A stretch of DNA of 32,000 nucleotides from NCBI RefSeq assembly GCF_000008625.1, contig NC_000918.1, positions 1,020,001 through 1,052,000 on the forward strand, in the 5' to 3' direction. Of this stretch, positions 1 through 9,717 are shown in pieces (position 1 is the stretch's first letter; every line of letters begins with the position of its first letter). Below the pieces are notes generated by a model, which did not search any database, had not been told where the DNA came from, and saw only the letters and a list, made by a program, of their open reading frames with translations. The DNA is from Aquifex aeolicus VF5 (lineage in GTDB: Bacteria > Aquificota > Aquificia > Aquificales > Aquificaceae). The position numbers and the translations under genes were made by a program.

Positions 1-344
1 GATTTACTTTAGTAGAAGTTCTTGTAGCACTCATGATCGTTCTCGTACTGGCAGGACTCGCCATTCCACTTTACGAGATCACTTTTAAAAGAAACGCTAT
101 GCGGGCAGTAGTTCTTAGCGATTTAAGACAATGTCTTTCTATTATCTCCGTACACATGAGTACCGGAGGGAACTCCCCTTCTGAAGTTTTGGGCGAGTGT
201 CCTAAATCTGACTACACGCAGGAAATAAGACTTCTTTCGGATAACCCTATAACCATAGAAGCTGTAGGAAGGAGTGATGTGGGAGAGGTCAGGTGTACCT
301 ATGACGGAAACACCGGAGAGATAAGCTGTGATAGTACTTTTTAA
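1..344 (+). CDS. type IV pilin / pseudopilin, 5'-truncated by the window edge
   Basis: Frame 3 from nt 3 reads FTLVEVLVALMIVLVLAGLAIPLYE. This is the prepilin N-terminal methylation motif with Glu at +5, followed by a hydrophobic helix. C-terminal cysteines (ECPKS, VRCTY, ISC) resemble a pilin disulfide loop. Stop at 342-344. Confidence 0.7.
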   Translation, partial: FTLVEVLVALMIVLVLAGLAIPLYEITFKRNAMRAVVLSDLRQCLSIISVHMSTGGNSPSEVLGECPKSDYTQEIRLLSDNPITIEAVGRSDVGEVRCTYDGNTGEISCDSTF

Positions 345-765
345 AAGGGGATTCACCCTTGTAGAACTTTTAATAGTAATAGGAATAATAGTTATTTTAA
401 GTACAGTGGGGATTTTAAAATTCAGGGAGTGGTACGAAAACTACAAATACCTTGAGGAAGTATCAAAACTCGAATACTTGGTTAGGAGGGCTAAGGTAAT
501 AGCCCTTGAGCGTTCTTCTTACGTAAAAGTGCGTGTTAATGGAAATAATTTAGTAATAGAAGATTGCGGAATAGACAACTCCTCCTGTACTCCCGTGGCT
601 TCTTACAGATTTGAGTTTAACTTGGATTCGACCAGATCTGTGACTTTCAGTCCGAGGGGCTTGGCACATTCATGGGGAAGCTTCTGTATTTCAAAAGATG
701 GAATGTCGTACAAGGTTATAGTAAACAGGGAAGGTATAAGGGTAGAAAAAGGAGGAACGTGTTGA
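328..765 (+). CDS. pseudopilin / minor pilin (GspH/FimT-like)
   Basis: GTG start at 328 overlaps the upstream gene. The N-terminus KRGFTLVELLIVIGIIVILS is a class III signal peptide / prepilin cleavage motif. Size (145 aa) and operon context fit. Confidence 0.7.
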   Translation: MIVLFKRGFTLVELLIVIGIIVILSTVGILKFREWYENYKYLEEVSKLEYLVRRAKVIALERSSYVKVRVNGNNLVIEDCGIDNSSCTPVASYRFEFNLDSTRSVTFSPRGLAHSWGSFCISKDGMSYKVIVNREGIRVEKGGTC

Positions 766-1103
766 AAAAAGGATTTACACTGATAGAGGTTCTCGTAGCA
801 TTGCTCGTTTTTATAATCGGCGTGGGGAGTATATTCTACGTTTTTTCTAAATTTTCCGATTTAATGAGAAACAGGTTCGTAATTACGTGTGTGACCGAAG
901 CCGCGTATTATGCATTGGATGCCTGTGCGGCGGGAGCGGCACCGCCCGGATCGTTGACGTGCGGAAATATAACAGTTGACATTAGTGTAAGCGGCTGTGA
1001 ACCTTCACCGGGAGCTTGCAGGAACGTTTCCGTAACCGCCTCTTACAATACTATTAGCTTTTCTTTAACTACGAAAAAGTGTGACTTAGGAGCTTCGCCA
1101 TGA
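759..1103 (+). CDS. minor pilin (PilV-like)
   Basis: The ORF track starts at 672, but the prepilin motif KKGFTLIEVLVALLVFIIG begins right after GTG 759 / TTG 762. An AAAAAGGAGG Shine-Dalgarno lies at 747-755. The C-terminal half is Cys-rich. I chose the downstream start. Confidence 0.6.
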   Translation: MLKKGFTLIEVLVALLVFIIGVGSIFYVFSKFSDLMRNRFVITCVTEAAYYALDACAAGAAPPGSLTCGNITVDISVSGCEPSPGACRNVSVTASYNTISFSLTTKKCDLGASP

Positions 1104-1930
1104 ACAGGGGAATGACGCTTATAGAATTACTCGTAGCTCTTGCACTTTCTATAATTCTCTCCCTTGGACTCTACTACTCTTTCCGTTATTCGGGAATATT
1201 TTTCTCTCAGGATAAAGCAATATCCGACCTGATAGAATACGCAAGAACTGCAGAGGAACAACTGAAGTTTTACTTCGACAGGTGGGGAAACGGTGTACCT
1301 GAGGGAGGTACTGATTGTACTTACTCATTTCCAAATGGATATCCCAAAAATAGATTCTGCATCATTAAAGGAAGTTCGGGTAATTGTGATGAGATAATTT
1401 TTTACGGAAACACACAAGGATTTTTGATAGTGCTGGATGAAAAAGATGAAGATGAATTTAACGCTTTAGCGTGTAGGATGACAAACGATGAAGACGATTA
1501 TTACTACATTTGGAAAGAAGATAAACCTGTGGATACAACAACCGGCAACAGAATAGGTGTAAGCGGAGGAGACTGTGGGATAAAAGGAATTATTCCTAAT
1601 GCGAGTGTAGCGAAAGAGATTAATACATTAGACAAAGGTACAGTTACTCTACAAACAGGGGATGCCATTATTCGGGTACCGAAGATTATCAAGATATATT
1701 GCAGTGAGACGAATGGAGAACTATATTTAAAGGTATCAGAACAAGAAGCTAATAAAGCTCCTGTAGAAAGTCCATTAGTCCCTGTAAAGGAAATGGAAGC
1801 GACGCTCCTGCCCGAGGGATGCGATCCGACAAACGGAGAATGTACAGCGGTAAGGTTTCGTATAACCTTCGTAAACAGAGTAGGCAACGAAGAATACACG
1901 CTTACGAAGGACATAGTTCTCGGGAGGTAA
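1100..1930 (+). CDS. minor pilin (PilW-like)
   Basis: The ATGA start/stop overlap with the upstream gene suggests translational coupling. The N-terminus [25 protein letters not shown] carries the prepilin motif. 276 aa. Confidence 0.6.
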
Positions 1931-1934
1931 TGAA

Positions 1935-3788
1935 ATGAAGGGTTTTTCTCTTGTAAACACTATAGTCGCCACATTTATATTTACAGCTGTTGGGTTTGCA
2001 TTACTCGTTATGTCCGACGAAGGTTTCAGGATTACCAAGAGTAGTATAAACGCAAATATCGCGGAAGCTAATGCGGTGTATGCCTTGAACACAGCCCTTG
2101 AACACCTTATAAACGGTGGAAATTGTGAAGGGAGTGCAAGTGGAAGTGTAAACGATGGTAGTTGGGAATACACTTTATACCCAACTCCTTCAGGACAGTG
2201 TTTTATCTTAGCATCCGGCAGAAAAGATAACGCTGTTAGGTACAAAATCGCTTATGCGGGATTCAGTGGTGGCGGAGGATTGGGAGCATTAACTATTAAT
2301 TATCTAAAAGGAGATGAATTTTCCTTACAGGGAAGTTCAAAGATTTCTAACGGAGGAACGAATTGCCCTGCGGTAGTTTATTATGAGAAAAAAGCAGATA
2401 TAGAATATAAAGGAAATGCAAAAATTGAAGGAGGTATAGTAAATAAAAAAATAAACATACCAAGCGAAATATTCAAGGAAGAGAATGCTTTTGAAGATAT
2501 AAAGACCTACTATAAGGAGTTATACGAGGATAGGTTTAATAATGTTTCTCTTCCTGACGTACCCTTAACTACCGAAGACTGTACTCTTGAGGTTGGAAAT
2601 TCTGATTGTTCTTTGAAAAATAATGAAATTAATTGTGGAAACACGAAGTTAACTGTGGAAAACTGCACAAGTGTCCTTATTAAGGGAGGAAAAATATCCC
2701 TGAACATAAATAATGGCGAATTAGACATACCTTTAGTGATAGAATCGGACGAGCTTGTTTCACTTACAACGGTGGGTGATACAAGCATTAACGACATATA
2801 TGTAATAACAAAAACTTTCGGGAAATTAGAAACAGGGGGATCAACAACTATAAACGGTAACGTTGTTATTAAAGCGGATAGTTTTAAAAACCTTGGAGAA
2901 GACGAACAAAATATTGTCCTAAGTGGAAGTACAAAAGTAGAAGGAGGTATGTACATATCAACTCAAGATAGCTCTCTTCCATCTTCTGGAAATGAAGCTA
3001 AAATAAAATTCGCTGGAAGCTCAGAAATAGGGGAGAACTTTTACTTTTTAGGATACGGTGTGGATTTACATTATACAGGTGGCAGTGGAATAAGCGGAAA
3101 TATCTATATAAAAACCTATCACGAATATGAGCTTGATATTAGCCACTATGGGAACTTTGTAGGGGGAAGTATTTATGCAAACTGTGTATCTTCGGATTGT
3201 GAAGGGGAAGTTGAAATACACAATGGAAACTTAAAACCCGCAGAGGGAAGTGAATTTGTGTTTCTAAGTGAAGGTAAAGAATTAGAGGCGGAGTTGAAGT
3301 CAGGTTCAGGAGGATTAGATGGGTATTTTGTTAATTTATCCGATAATGGGGAACTTAAACTTGAAATTAAAGCCGGAGGACTTGAAGCGAATGGATTATT
3401 CATAGGAAATAAAATAGAAATTGAAGGAGGGGAAAAAGAAAAATTAACAGGTAGTAATAAGATAAACGGAATTTTAGTTGGAAAAATTGTTGAAGGTCTA
3501 AAATTAGGAGGAAGTGCAGAAATAAACGGGTTAGTTGCTGCACTTGAGGAATTTGATGAATTAAATCTAAAAGGAAGATCAAAAATAAAAGGAATGGTTA
3601 TAGGAAATATACTAGAAGGTTCCGTTTCCTTAATTGGTAATTCTGAAATAACCCTTGATTTCGAAACGATAAATTCCTTTATTTCTAAATTTGGATTGGA
3701 GGACTTCTTTAAAACACTTACTTGTGAAAGTGAAAAAGGCAGTGGAAATCTAACCCTCCCACAACACTTAGTAGGTTCAATATACTAA
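1935..3788 (+). CDS. PilX-N-like anchored large protein with repetitive Gly-rich beta-helix-like body (putative pilus-associated adhesin)
   Basis: The N-terminus [25 protein letters not shown] is pilin-like but has Asn instead of Glu at +5. The body holds many degenerate units such as [58 protein letters not shown] and GNSEITL. It is the last gene of the pilin operon. Confidence 0.5.
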
Positions 3789-3794
3789 CATTGT

Positions 3795-5549
3795 ATGTTC
3801 GCCTTGATTTTGGCTTTCCTTATTATGTTTCTATCCTTCCTTCCCTTTCACCTTCTTTCTTCTCCTAAAGGTGAAAAACTTCAGATAATAAAAATAATAA
3901 AATTAGATATACAAAAAGCCTTTCCCGAAATTCCTCAGGAGATTTCTAAAAGAGTTTTGCGTTTTCATTTATCCTCCGATCCCAAAACCCTGAACCCTGC
4001 CCTTGCCATGGAAACCTCTTCCACCGCTGTAATCGGAGATCTTTTTAGCGGACTTACGAAGCTTGATCTAAAGACGATGAAAGTAAAACCGAATCTGGCT
4101 CAAGGCTGGGAAGTAAGAGAAGGGGGGAAAGTATGGATTTTTTACTTACGAAAAGACGTAAAGTGGAGCGATGGAAAGCCTTTTACCGCCGATGACGTTG
4201 TATTTACCTTTAACGAGGTTTACCTGAACGATAAAATTCCCACCACTGCAAGGGATATATTCACGATAAAAGGAAAAAAGATAAAAGTGAGAAAAATTGA
4301 CGAGTACACCGTTGAGTTTATTCTACCCGAGCCTTTCGCACCCTTTTTAAACTCCCTCGGAGTTGAAATACTCCCGAAGCACAAACTCGAAAATTACGTA
4401 AAGGAGGGAACTTTCTCAACAGCGTGGAACGTAAACACAAACCCTAAGGAAATAGTGGGAACCGGAGCCTACAAAATAGAGGAATACGTGAAGGGACAGA
4501 GAGTAGTTTACAGGGCAAACCCCTATTACTACGAGAAAGACGAAAATGGAAACAGACTCCCATACATTAAAGAAAAAGTAGGAGTAATAATTCCGGATCC
4601 CGATACCGCACTCCTTAAATTCGTAAACGGGGAGATTGATTACATAGGCGTCAGGGCTCAGGATTTGCTCTTTTTGGCTAATCAAAAGGATAAGGATTTT
4701 GTAGTTTACGACCTCGGAGCTACGCCTTCAACCACGTTTCTTGTCTTCAACCAGAACCCTAACGCAAAAATCCCGAAGTACAAAATAAAGTGGTTCAGGG
4801 ACAGGACATTCAGAATAGCCATTTCCCACGCAATAGACAGGGAGGGAATAGTGAAACTCGTTTACAACGGGCTTGCTCAACCGCTCTACACACCAATCAC
4901 ACCGGCAAACAGACCTTATTACGAGGAGAGTTATTACCCGAAATTTGAGTTTAACCTGAAAAAAGCCAGAGAACTTTTAGAGAGTATAGGTTTTAAAGAC
5001 AGGGACGGCGACGGAATACTGGAAGACCCTGAAGGACACGACCTTGAGTTTACACTCATCACAAACGCAGGAAACAAAGAAAGGGAAATGATGGGAGCTA
5101 TCATTAAGGAAGATTTAAGGAAGATCGGTATAAAGGTCCACTTCCAGCCCATAGACTTCAACACTTTAGTTTCAAAACTCACGTCTCCTCCCTACGAGTG
5201 GGAAGCGGTGATAATAGGACTCACGGGATCTATAGACCCTCACTTTGGCAGGAACGTATGGCACTCTTCGGGAAGTCTCCACATGTGGTATCCGAGACAA
5301 AAACAACCCTCAACAGAATGGGAGAAGAAGGTGGATGAGCTTATAGACAAGGGGGCAACGGAACTGAACTATGAGAAAAGAGTCCAGATTTACAGGGAAA
5401 TGTTCAGGATAATTACGGAAGAACAACCGATGATTTTCATAGCAGCTCCGAAGAGTATGGTAGCGGTAAAGAAACACCTCAAAAACGTATTTCCCACCGT
5501 GTGGGGCTGGTACGAGCCATACAGAGTTTACCTGATATCGGACAGGTGA
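3795..5549 (+). CDS. ABC transporter substrate-binding protein, family 5 (peptide/nickel, OppA/DppA-like)
   Basis: N-terminal hydrophobic signal. Family-5 SBP-like blocks are present (LRKDVKWSDGKPFTADDVVFTF, PYYYEKDENG, ITNAGNKEREMMG). 584 aa. Confidence 0.85.
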   Translation: MFALILAFLIMFLSFLPFHLLSSPKGEKLQIIKIIKLDIQKAFPEIPQEISKRVLRFHLSSDPKTLNPALAMETSSTAVIGDLFSGLTKLDLKTMKVKPNLAQGWEVREGGKVWIFYLRKDVKWSDGKPFTADDVVFTFNEVYLNDKIPTTARDIFTIKGKKIKVRKIDEYTVEFILPEPFAPFLNSLGVEILPKHKLENYVKEGTFSTAWNVNTNPKEIVGTGAYKIEEYVKGQRVVYRANPYYYEKDENGNRLPYIKEKVGVIIPDPDTALLKFVNGEIDYIGVRAQDLLFLANQKDKDFVVYDLGATPSTTFLVFNQNPNAKIPKYKIKWFRDRTFRIAISHAIDREGIVKLVYNGLAQPLYTPITPANRPYYEESYYPKFEFNLKKARELLESIGFKDRDGDGILEDPEGHDLEFTLITNAGNKEREMMGAIIKEDLRKIGIKVHFQPIDFNTLVSKLTSPPYEWEAVIIGLTGSIDPHFGRNVWHSSGSLHMWYPRQKQPSTEWEKKVDELIDKGATELNYEKRVQIYREMFRIITEEQPMIFIAAPKSMVAVKKHLKNVFPTVWGWYEPYRVYLISDR

Positions 5550-5593
5550 TTTAAGTAATGGAACAAAATTTTTAAAAATTTAAGATTTAATCC

Positions 5594-5884
5594 ATGCTCA
5601 AACTCGTACTCATAACAAAAGAAGACTGTCCGAGGTGTGAAAGGGCTAAAAAGCTCCTTCAAAAGGTAAAAGAGGAATTACCGATAGAGTGGGAAGAGGT
5701 AGACATGTACGAGTACATGGACGTACTTACTTACCTCGGTTACAAAACCGTACCTCTCCTGCTTCTTTACAATGAAGACGAGGATTACACCGAAGAAGAC
5801 GTTATATTTGTCGGTGAACTTCCGAGGATCTGGAGACTTAAAGAAATATTAAAATCAAAGCTGGAAGAAGTAAAAAGAGCCTGA
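5594..5884 (+). CDS. glutaredoxin/NrdH-like thioredoxin-fold protein
   Basis: A CPRC redox motif near the N-terminus and a later TVP (cis-Pro) element. 96 aa. Confidence 0.65.
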   Translation: MLKLVLITKEDCPRCERAKKLLQKVKEELPIEWEEVDMYEYMDVLTYLGYKTVPLLLLYNEDEDYTEEDVIFVGELPRIWRLKEILKSKLEEVKRA

Positions 5885-5897
5885 AAATTACATAATC

Positions 5898-5926
5898 TTG
5901 ACACAAACAACTTCAAAGGATAGTTT
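5898..5926 (+). promoter_or_regulatory. candidate sigma70-type promoter for the 5935 gene
   Basis: TTGACA (5898-5903), 17-nt spacer, TAGTTT (5921-5926). The ATG at 5935 lies only 8 nt after the -10, and no Shine-Dalgarno lies between them. Confidence 0.35.
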
Positions 5927-5934
5927 TATGGTAA

Positions 5935-8900
5935 ATGGAAGAGGTAGAAAAAATAAAAGTAGGGGGATGTCCACACGAATTTTTAGCAGATGGAAAAAAG
6001 TGGAGTGAATTACTCCACAGAATATCCGAAAAAACAGGAAAGGATATAAACCTTGTCATATACAGGGACTTTGAAGAAGAAAGGAAGAAGATAAAAGAGG
6101 AAGAATTTGACCTTTATTATGCAAGTCCAGAAATAGCGGTAGAGCTCTACAGGAAAGGATACGTTCCCGTAGGTGCGATAAAAGGACAGGAGGACGAAGT
6201 AGTTCTCGTATCCAAAGAGAACCTTAAGGAAAAGGAATTCTACAAGGTAGCACTTGTAAACCTGAAACTTTTTATGCTCGGACTTTTGAACTTTAAAAAC
6301 ATAGATAAAGATCGGATTGAGCTTGTTTTTACGAAATCCCACGAGGAAACTATTGAAAAAGTTCAGAACTGCGAAGTTGATTACGGGATAATTTACGGAG
6401 AGACGCTAAAAAGGCTGAAGCCCCAAAATTTAAAAATCGTTTCCTCAGGAACGCTGAAATCCAGACACTTTTTTATGGCAAAGAAGGAAAAAGCAGAGTA
6501 TTGGAGAAAAATTTTATCGGAATTCAAAGAAGTTGAAATTCTGAATGAAAGTGCAATAGAAGACACTTTAAAGCTTTTTGAGGAGCTTGAAGAACTCCTC
6601 ACATGTTGGCAGGAACACGACACAGCGAAAGCCATTCAGAACATAGAAGGAATAGGCGTTCTCATATACAGGGACAGGATAATTTACGCAAACAAATACG
6701 CGAGGGAAGTTTTGGGGTATTCGGAGGAAGAGATAAGGAACTTATCCGCTCTAGATCTTGTTTCAAAGGAATACAGAGAAACTATACAGAAAATCGTAGA
6801 AAGGAGACTCAAGGGTGAACGCTTTCCGGTAGTTTATAAAGAGCTGAAAGTCAAAACGAAGGAAGGAAAAAGTTTATGGATACTCGCCTTTTCTCAGACT
6901 ATACTTTACGAGGGGCAATACGCCGGTTTCGTCATTTTCGTGGATATAACAAAAAGAAAGAGGCTCGAAAAACTTTACAAGCTCCTCAGGGAAATAAACC
7001 AGACCATTACAGGGGTTTTCCACGAAGGGGAGATTTTTGAAAAGATATGCCATAATCTCGTAAAAAACCTAGACCTTAAGTTTGTATGGGTAGGCAAGCT
7101 CAGCGAAAAGGGAGAAGTAATTCCCGTGTACACGTGCGGTGAAGAGGAAGATTACGTAAAAAAGGTTAAGATCTCTATAAACCCTGATGAGCCCGAAGGC
7201 TGGAAGCCCACTGCAAAGGCTTTAAGAGAGGGAAAAATCGTAATAAACCCGAACACGTTGGAAAACCCTGATGTAGAGCCGTGGCGTGAAGAAATGCTGA
7301 AGAGAAACTTCCTATCTTCCTGTGCAATACCTATCCAGTTAGAGGGAGGAACAGGGTACGTTATAAACCTCTATGCCTCAGAACCATACTACTTTGAAGA
7401 AGAAAATAAAGAAATACTTTACGAGCTGAAGGAAGACGTTGAGTTTGTCCTGAGGCGTGTAAGGGAGTTGAGAAATTATTTAATCCTTTCAAAGGCTCTT
7501 GAAGAATCCAGAGAGTGGGTGCTCATAACGGACAGAGAAGGAAAGATAATATACGTAAACAAAGGAGTGGAGGAAATAAGCAAGTACAGTGCGGAAGAAC
7601 TTATCGGCAAAACGCCGAGGATTTTTAAGTCTGGTTATCATCCTCAAAGTTTTTTCAGGAAGTTGTGGCAAACTATCCTTTCAGGGAAACCCTTTCACGC
7701 TGTATTTGTAAATAAAAATAAGTACGGTGAACTGTTTTATTTAGATCAGAAAATAATTCCACTTAGGACTCCTGAAGGAGATTTGTTCTTCATAGGACTC
7801 TGCAGGGATATAACGAAGGAAGTGAAACTAACGGAAGAAGTGGAGTGGATCACTACTCACAACGTAGAAACCGGACTCCTAAACAAGGTAGGATTTCAGA
7901 AGGTTCTCAGTCCACTACTCGGTAAACTAAGTTCTACAGGTGCGTTAATTGCCCTCGATATGGTAGGTTTTTCCAGATTGATTAAAGAATTTGGAGAAGA
8001 AGCGATAAAAAAACTCCTTAAGGAAATAGCTGTAAGACTGGAGAAAACTTTCAGAAGGGGAGACATAATAGCGAAAGGGGATGGTGATGAGTTCTTAATA
8101 TTCGCCTACCCTCTTAAAAAGAAAGACGATGTACTCTCACTCATTGAAAAAATAAGACAAAAATTTTCCAAACCTCTAACAATTGACGGCAAAAAAATCC
8201 GCCTGTCCTTTTACATAGGAGTGGTTACGTACCCGTACGACGGAAGGACCTTTTCTGAGCTTTATTACAGAGCCATAACTGCCGTGAAGGAAGCAAAAAG
8301 GAGGGGAGCGGGAGAAGTTGTACTCTTTGACGAAGAACTGGACAAAGAAGTAGAAAGGTTAATTGAAGGAGAAAAGCTCCTCAGGAAAGCGGTAGAAGAG
8401 AACCTGTTTACCTTTCACTTCCAGCCCATATACAGACTTAGGGATATGAAAATCTTCTCCCTCGAAGCGCTCGTAAGGATAAAGGAAGGGGATAAGATAC
8501 ACTACCCCGGAGAATTTATAGAACTTTTGGAAAGAGGTGTATTTATAAAGGAGTTTGAGGAATGGATGATTAGGGAACTCAGAAGGCTCCTCGGAAAGTG
8601 GAACGTGCCGATTTCCGTAAACCTGAGTGCCATAAACTTCAAAAACGACGAATTTATGGAGAACTTAAACCTGGTCTGTAAAGAGTATCCGGGAAAACTC
8701 ATCTTAGAAATCACCGAAAGGCTCCTGATAGAAAACGTAGAAAGGACAAGAAGAATCCTTGGGGATTTCAGAGAGTGCGGACTTGTGGCGGTTGACGATT
8801 TTGGAACCGGGTACTCTTCCTTTTCCTACTTAAAAGAACTCCCCCTTGATTTGATAAAGATAGACATGATGTTTATAAAGAGTATGCTGGAGAGTTCAAA

Positions 8901-9099
8901 GGATCTTGCACTCGTTGAGGCTATAGTGTTCTTCGCCCAAAAGATAGGACTTAAAACACTCGGAGAGGGAATAGAAAACGCCAAGCAACTCGAAATGTTA
9001 AAGAGAATGGGATGCACTTACGGACAGGGCTTCTACCTTGCAAAGCCGATGCCCGAAGAAGAAGTGGAAAAGCTTTTAAGGGAAGAAGGTTTACTTTAA
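5935..9099 (+). CDS. multidomain c-di-GMP signalling protein: PBP-like (phosphonate-binding type) - PAS - GAF - PAS - degenerate GGDEF - EAL
   Basis: The N-terminus resembles a periplasmic-binding fold but has no signal peptide. Two PAS-like blocks are present (IIYANKYAREVLGYSEEEI and IIYVNKGVEEISKYSAEELIGK). The GGDEF site reads KGDGDEF, which is degenerate. EAL-domain motifs are intact (LEALVR, NLS, EITE, DDFGTGYSS, KID, EGIE, GQGF). Confidence 0.85.
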   Translation: MEEVEKIKVGGCPHEFLADGKKWSELLHRISEKTGKDINLVIYRDFEEERKKIKEEEFDLYYASPEIAVELYRKGYVPVGAIKGQEDEVVLVSKENLKEKEFYKVALVNLKLFMLGLLNFKNIDKDRIELVFTKSHEETIEKVQNCEVDYGIIYGETLKRLKPQNLKIVSSGTLKSRHFFMAKKEKAEYWRKILSEFKEVEILNESAIEDTLKLFEELEELLTCWQEHDTAKAIQNIEGIGVLIYRDRIIYANKYAREVLGYSEEEIRNLSALDLVSKEYRETIQKIVERRLKGERFPVVYKELKVKTKEGKSLWILAFSQTILYEGQYAGFVIFVDITKRKRLEKLYKLLREINQTITGVFHEGEIFEKICHNLVKNLDLKFVWVGKLSEKGEVIPVYTCGEEEDYVKKVKISINPDEPEGWKPTAKALREGKIVINPNTLENPDVEPWREEMLKRNFLSSCAIPIQLEGGTGYVINLYASEPYYFEEENKEILYELKEDVEFVLRRVRELRNYLILSKALEESREWVLITDREGKIIYVNKGVEEISKYSAEELIGKTPRIFKSGYHPQSFFRKLWQTILSGKPFHAVFVNKNKYGELFYLDQKIIPLRTPEGDLFFIGLCRDITKEVKLTEEVEWITTHNVETGLLNKVGFQKVLSPLLGKLSSTGALIALDMVGFSRLIKEFGEEAIKKLLKEIAVRLEKTFRRGDIIAKGDGDEFLIFAYPLKKKDDVLSLIEKIRQKFSKPLTIDGKKIRLSFYIGVVTYPYDGRTFSELYYRAITAVKEAKRRGAGEVVLFDEELDKEVERLIEGEKLLRKAVEENLFTFHFQPIYRLRDMKIFSLEALVRIKEGDKIHYPGEFIELLERGVFIKEFEEWMIRELRRLLGKWNVPISVNLSAINFKNDEFMENLNLVCKEYPGKLILEITERLLIENVERTRRILGDFRECGLVAVDDFGTGYSSFSYLKELPLDLIKIDMMFIKSMLESSKDLALVEAIVFFAQKIGLKTLGEGIENAKQLEMLKRMGCTYGQGFYLAKPMPEEEVEKLLREEGLL

Positions 9100-9717
9100 G
9101 TTTACTCTTTCAACCTCCCCGAAAGGCTCCTTTTCCTGGTAAACCTCTCCGCTGAAAACGTAAACTTTGGTCTCTTTGTCTTTCCAGCAGTCCTTAGGAA
9201 GACCTGCTTTTAAACACGTATACTCAAGAAACTCAACGGGACTCCAACCATATTCCACAGGGACTTGAGGAAGTAAGAGTCCCTTCTGTTCTCCCTTTTC
9301 AATTATTAATCCGTGTTTTCCTATTTCTATTTGTTCGGGGAGTTCTTCCTTTGGAACTTTCAGTTCCTCTGGAGGAGTTAGCAGAGTTATTTCCCACAGC
9401 ACTTTGTCAAACTCTTCCTTTTTCAGAGGATAAAACCTCGGATCCTGAAAAGCAGCCTGAAGGGAACTGTAAACCGTTGCGTACCATAGCGGATAAACGG
9501 GCAAAGGAACACCTATACATCCCCTTAAGTTGTGTTCGGGATAGGTTTTTAAAGTGGTAAACACTCCCATATTCCGGGAATACTTCTCCTTTAAAGCCTC
9601 GGGAACTTTTATTTCCTTGCCTTCAAATGCGTTCCAAACTGCATACCTCCCCAAGTGTACAAGCTCTCTGATATCCATAGTATCAAATAATTTAAGTTTC
9701 TTATTATAAGATTTCAA
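9091..9717 (-). CDS. AMMECR1 domain protein
   Basis: Carries the LRGCIGV motif typical of AMMECR1. The track start at 9717 is a TTG overlapping the copA stop (TTGA). An alternative ATG at 9678 (MDIRELVHLGR) is equally plausible. Confidence 0.75.
   Translation of the reverse strand: MKSYNKKLKLFDTMDIRELVHLGRYAVWNAFEGKEIKVPEALKEKYSRNMGVFTTLKTYPEHNLRGCIGVPLPVYPLWYATVYSSLQAAFQDPRFYPLKKEEFDKVLWEITLLTPPEELKVPKEELPEQIEIGKHGLIIEKGEQKGLLLPQVPVEYGWSPVEFLEYTCLKAGLPKDCWKDKETKVYVFSGEVYQEKEPFGEVERVNLK

Noticed and set aside
672-758. Upstream start of the third pilin ORF
   Set aside because: It would overlap the preceding pseudopilin gene by ~90 nt and place 30 non-pilin residues ahead of the prepilin cleavage motif. 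GTG 759 / TTG 762 with an AGGAGG just upstream fits better.
1504-3582. Antisense ORFs inside the pilin genes (1504-1914, 1775-2245, 2510-2956, 3173-3403, 3400-3582, all minus strand)
   Set aside because: They lie fully inside better-supported plus-strand genes, have Ser/Leu/Phe-rich composition typical of antisense frames, and show no motifs.
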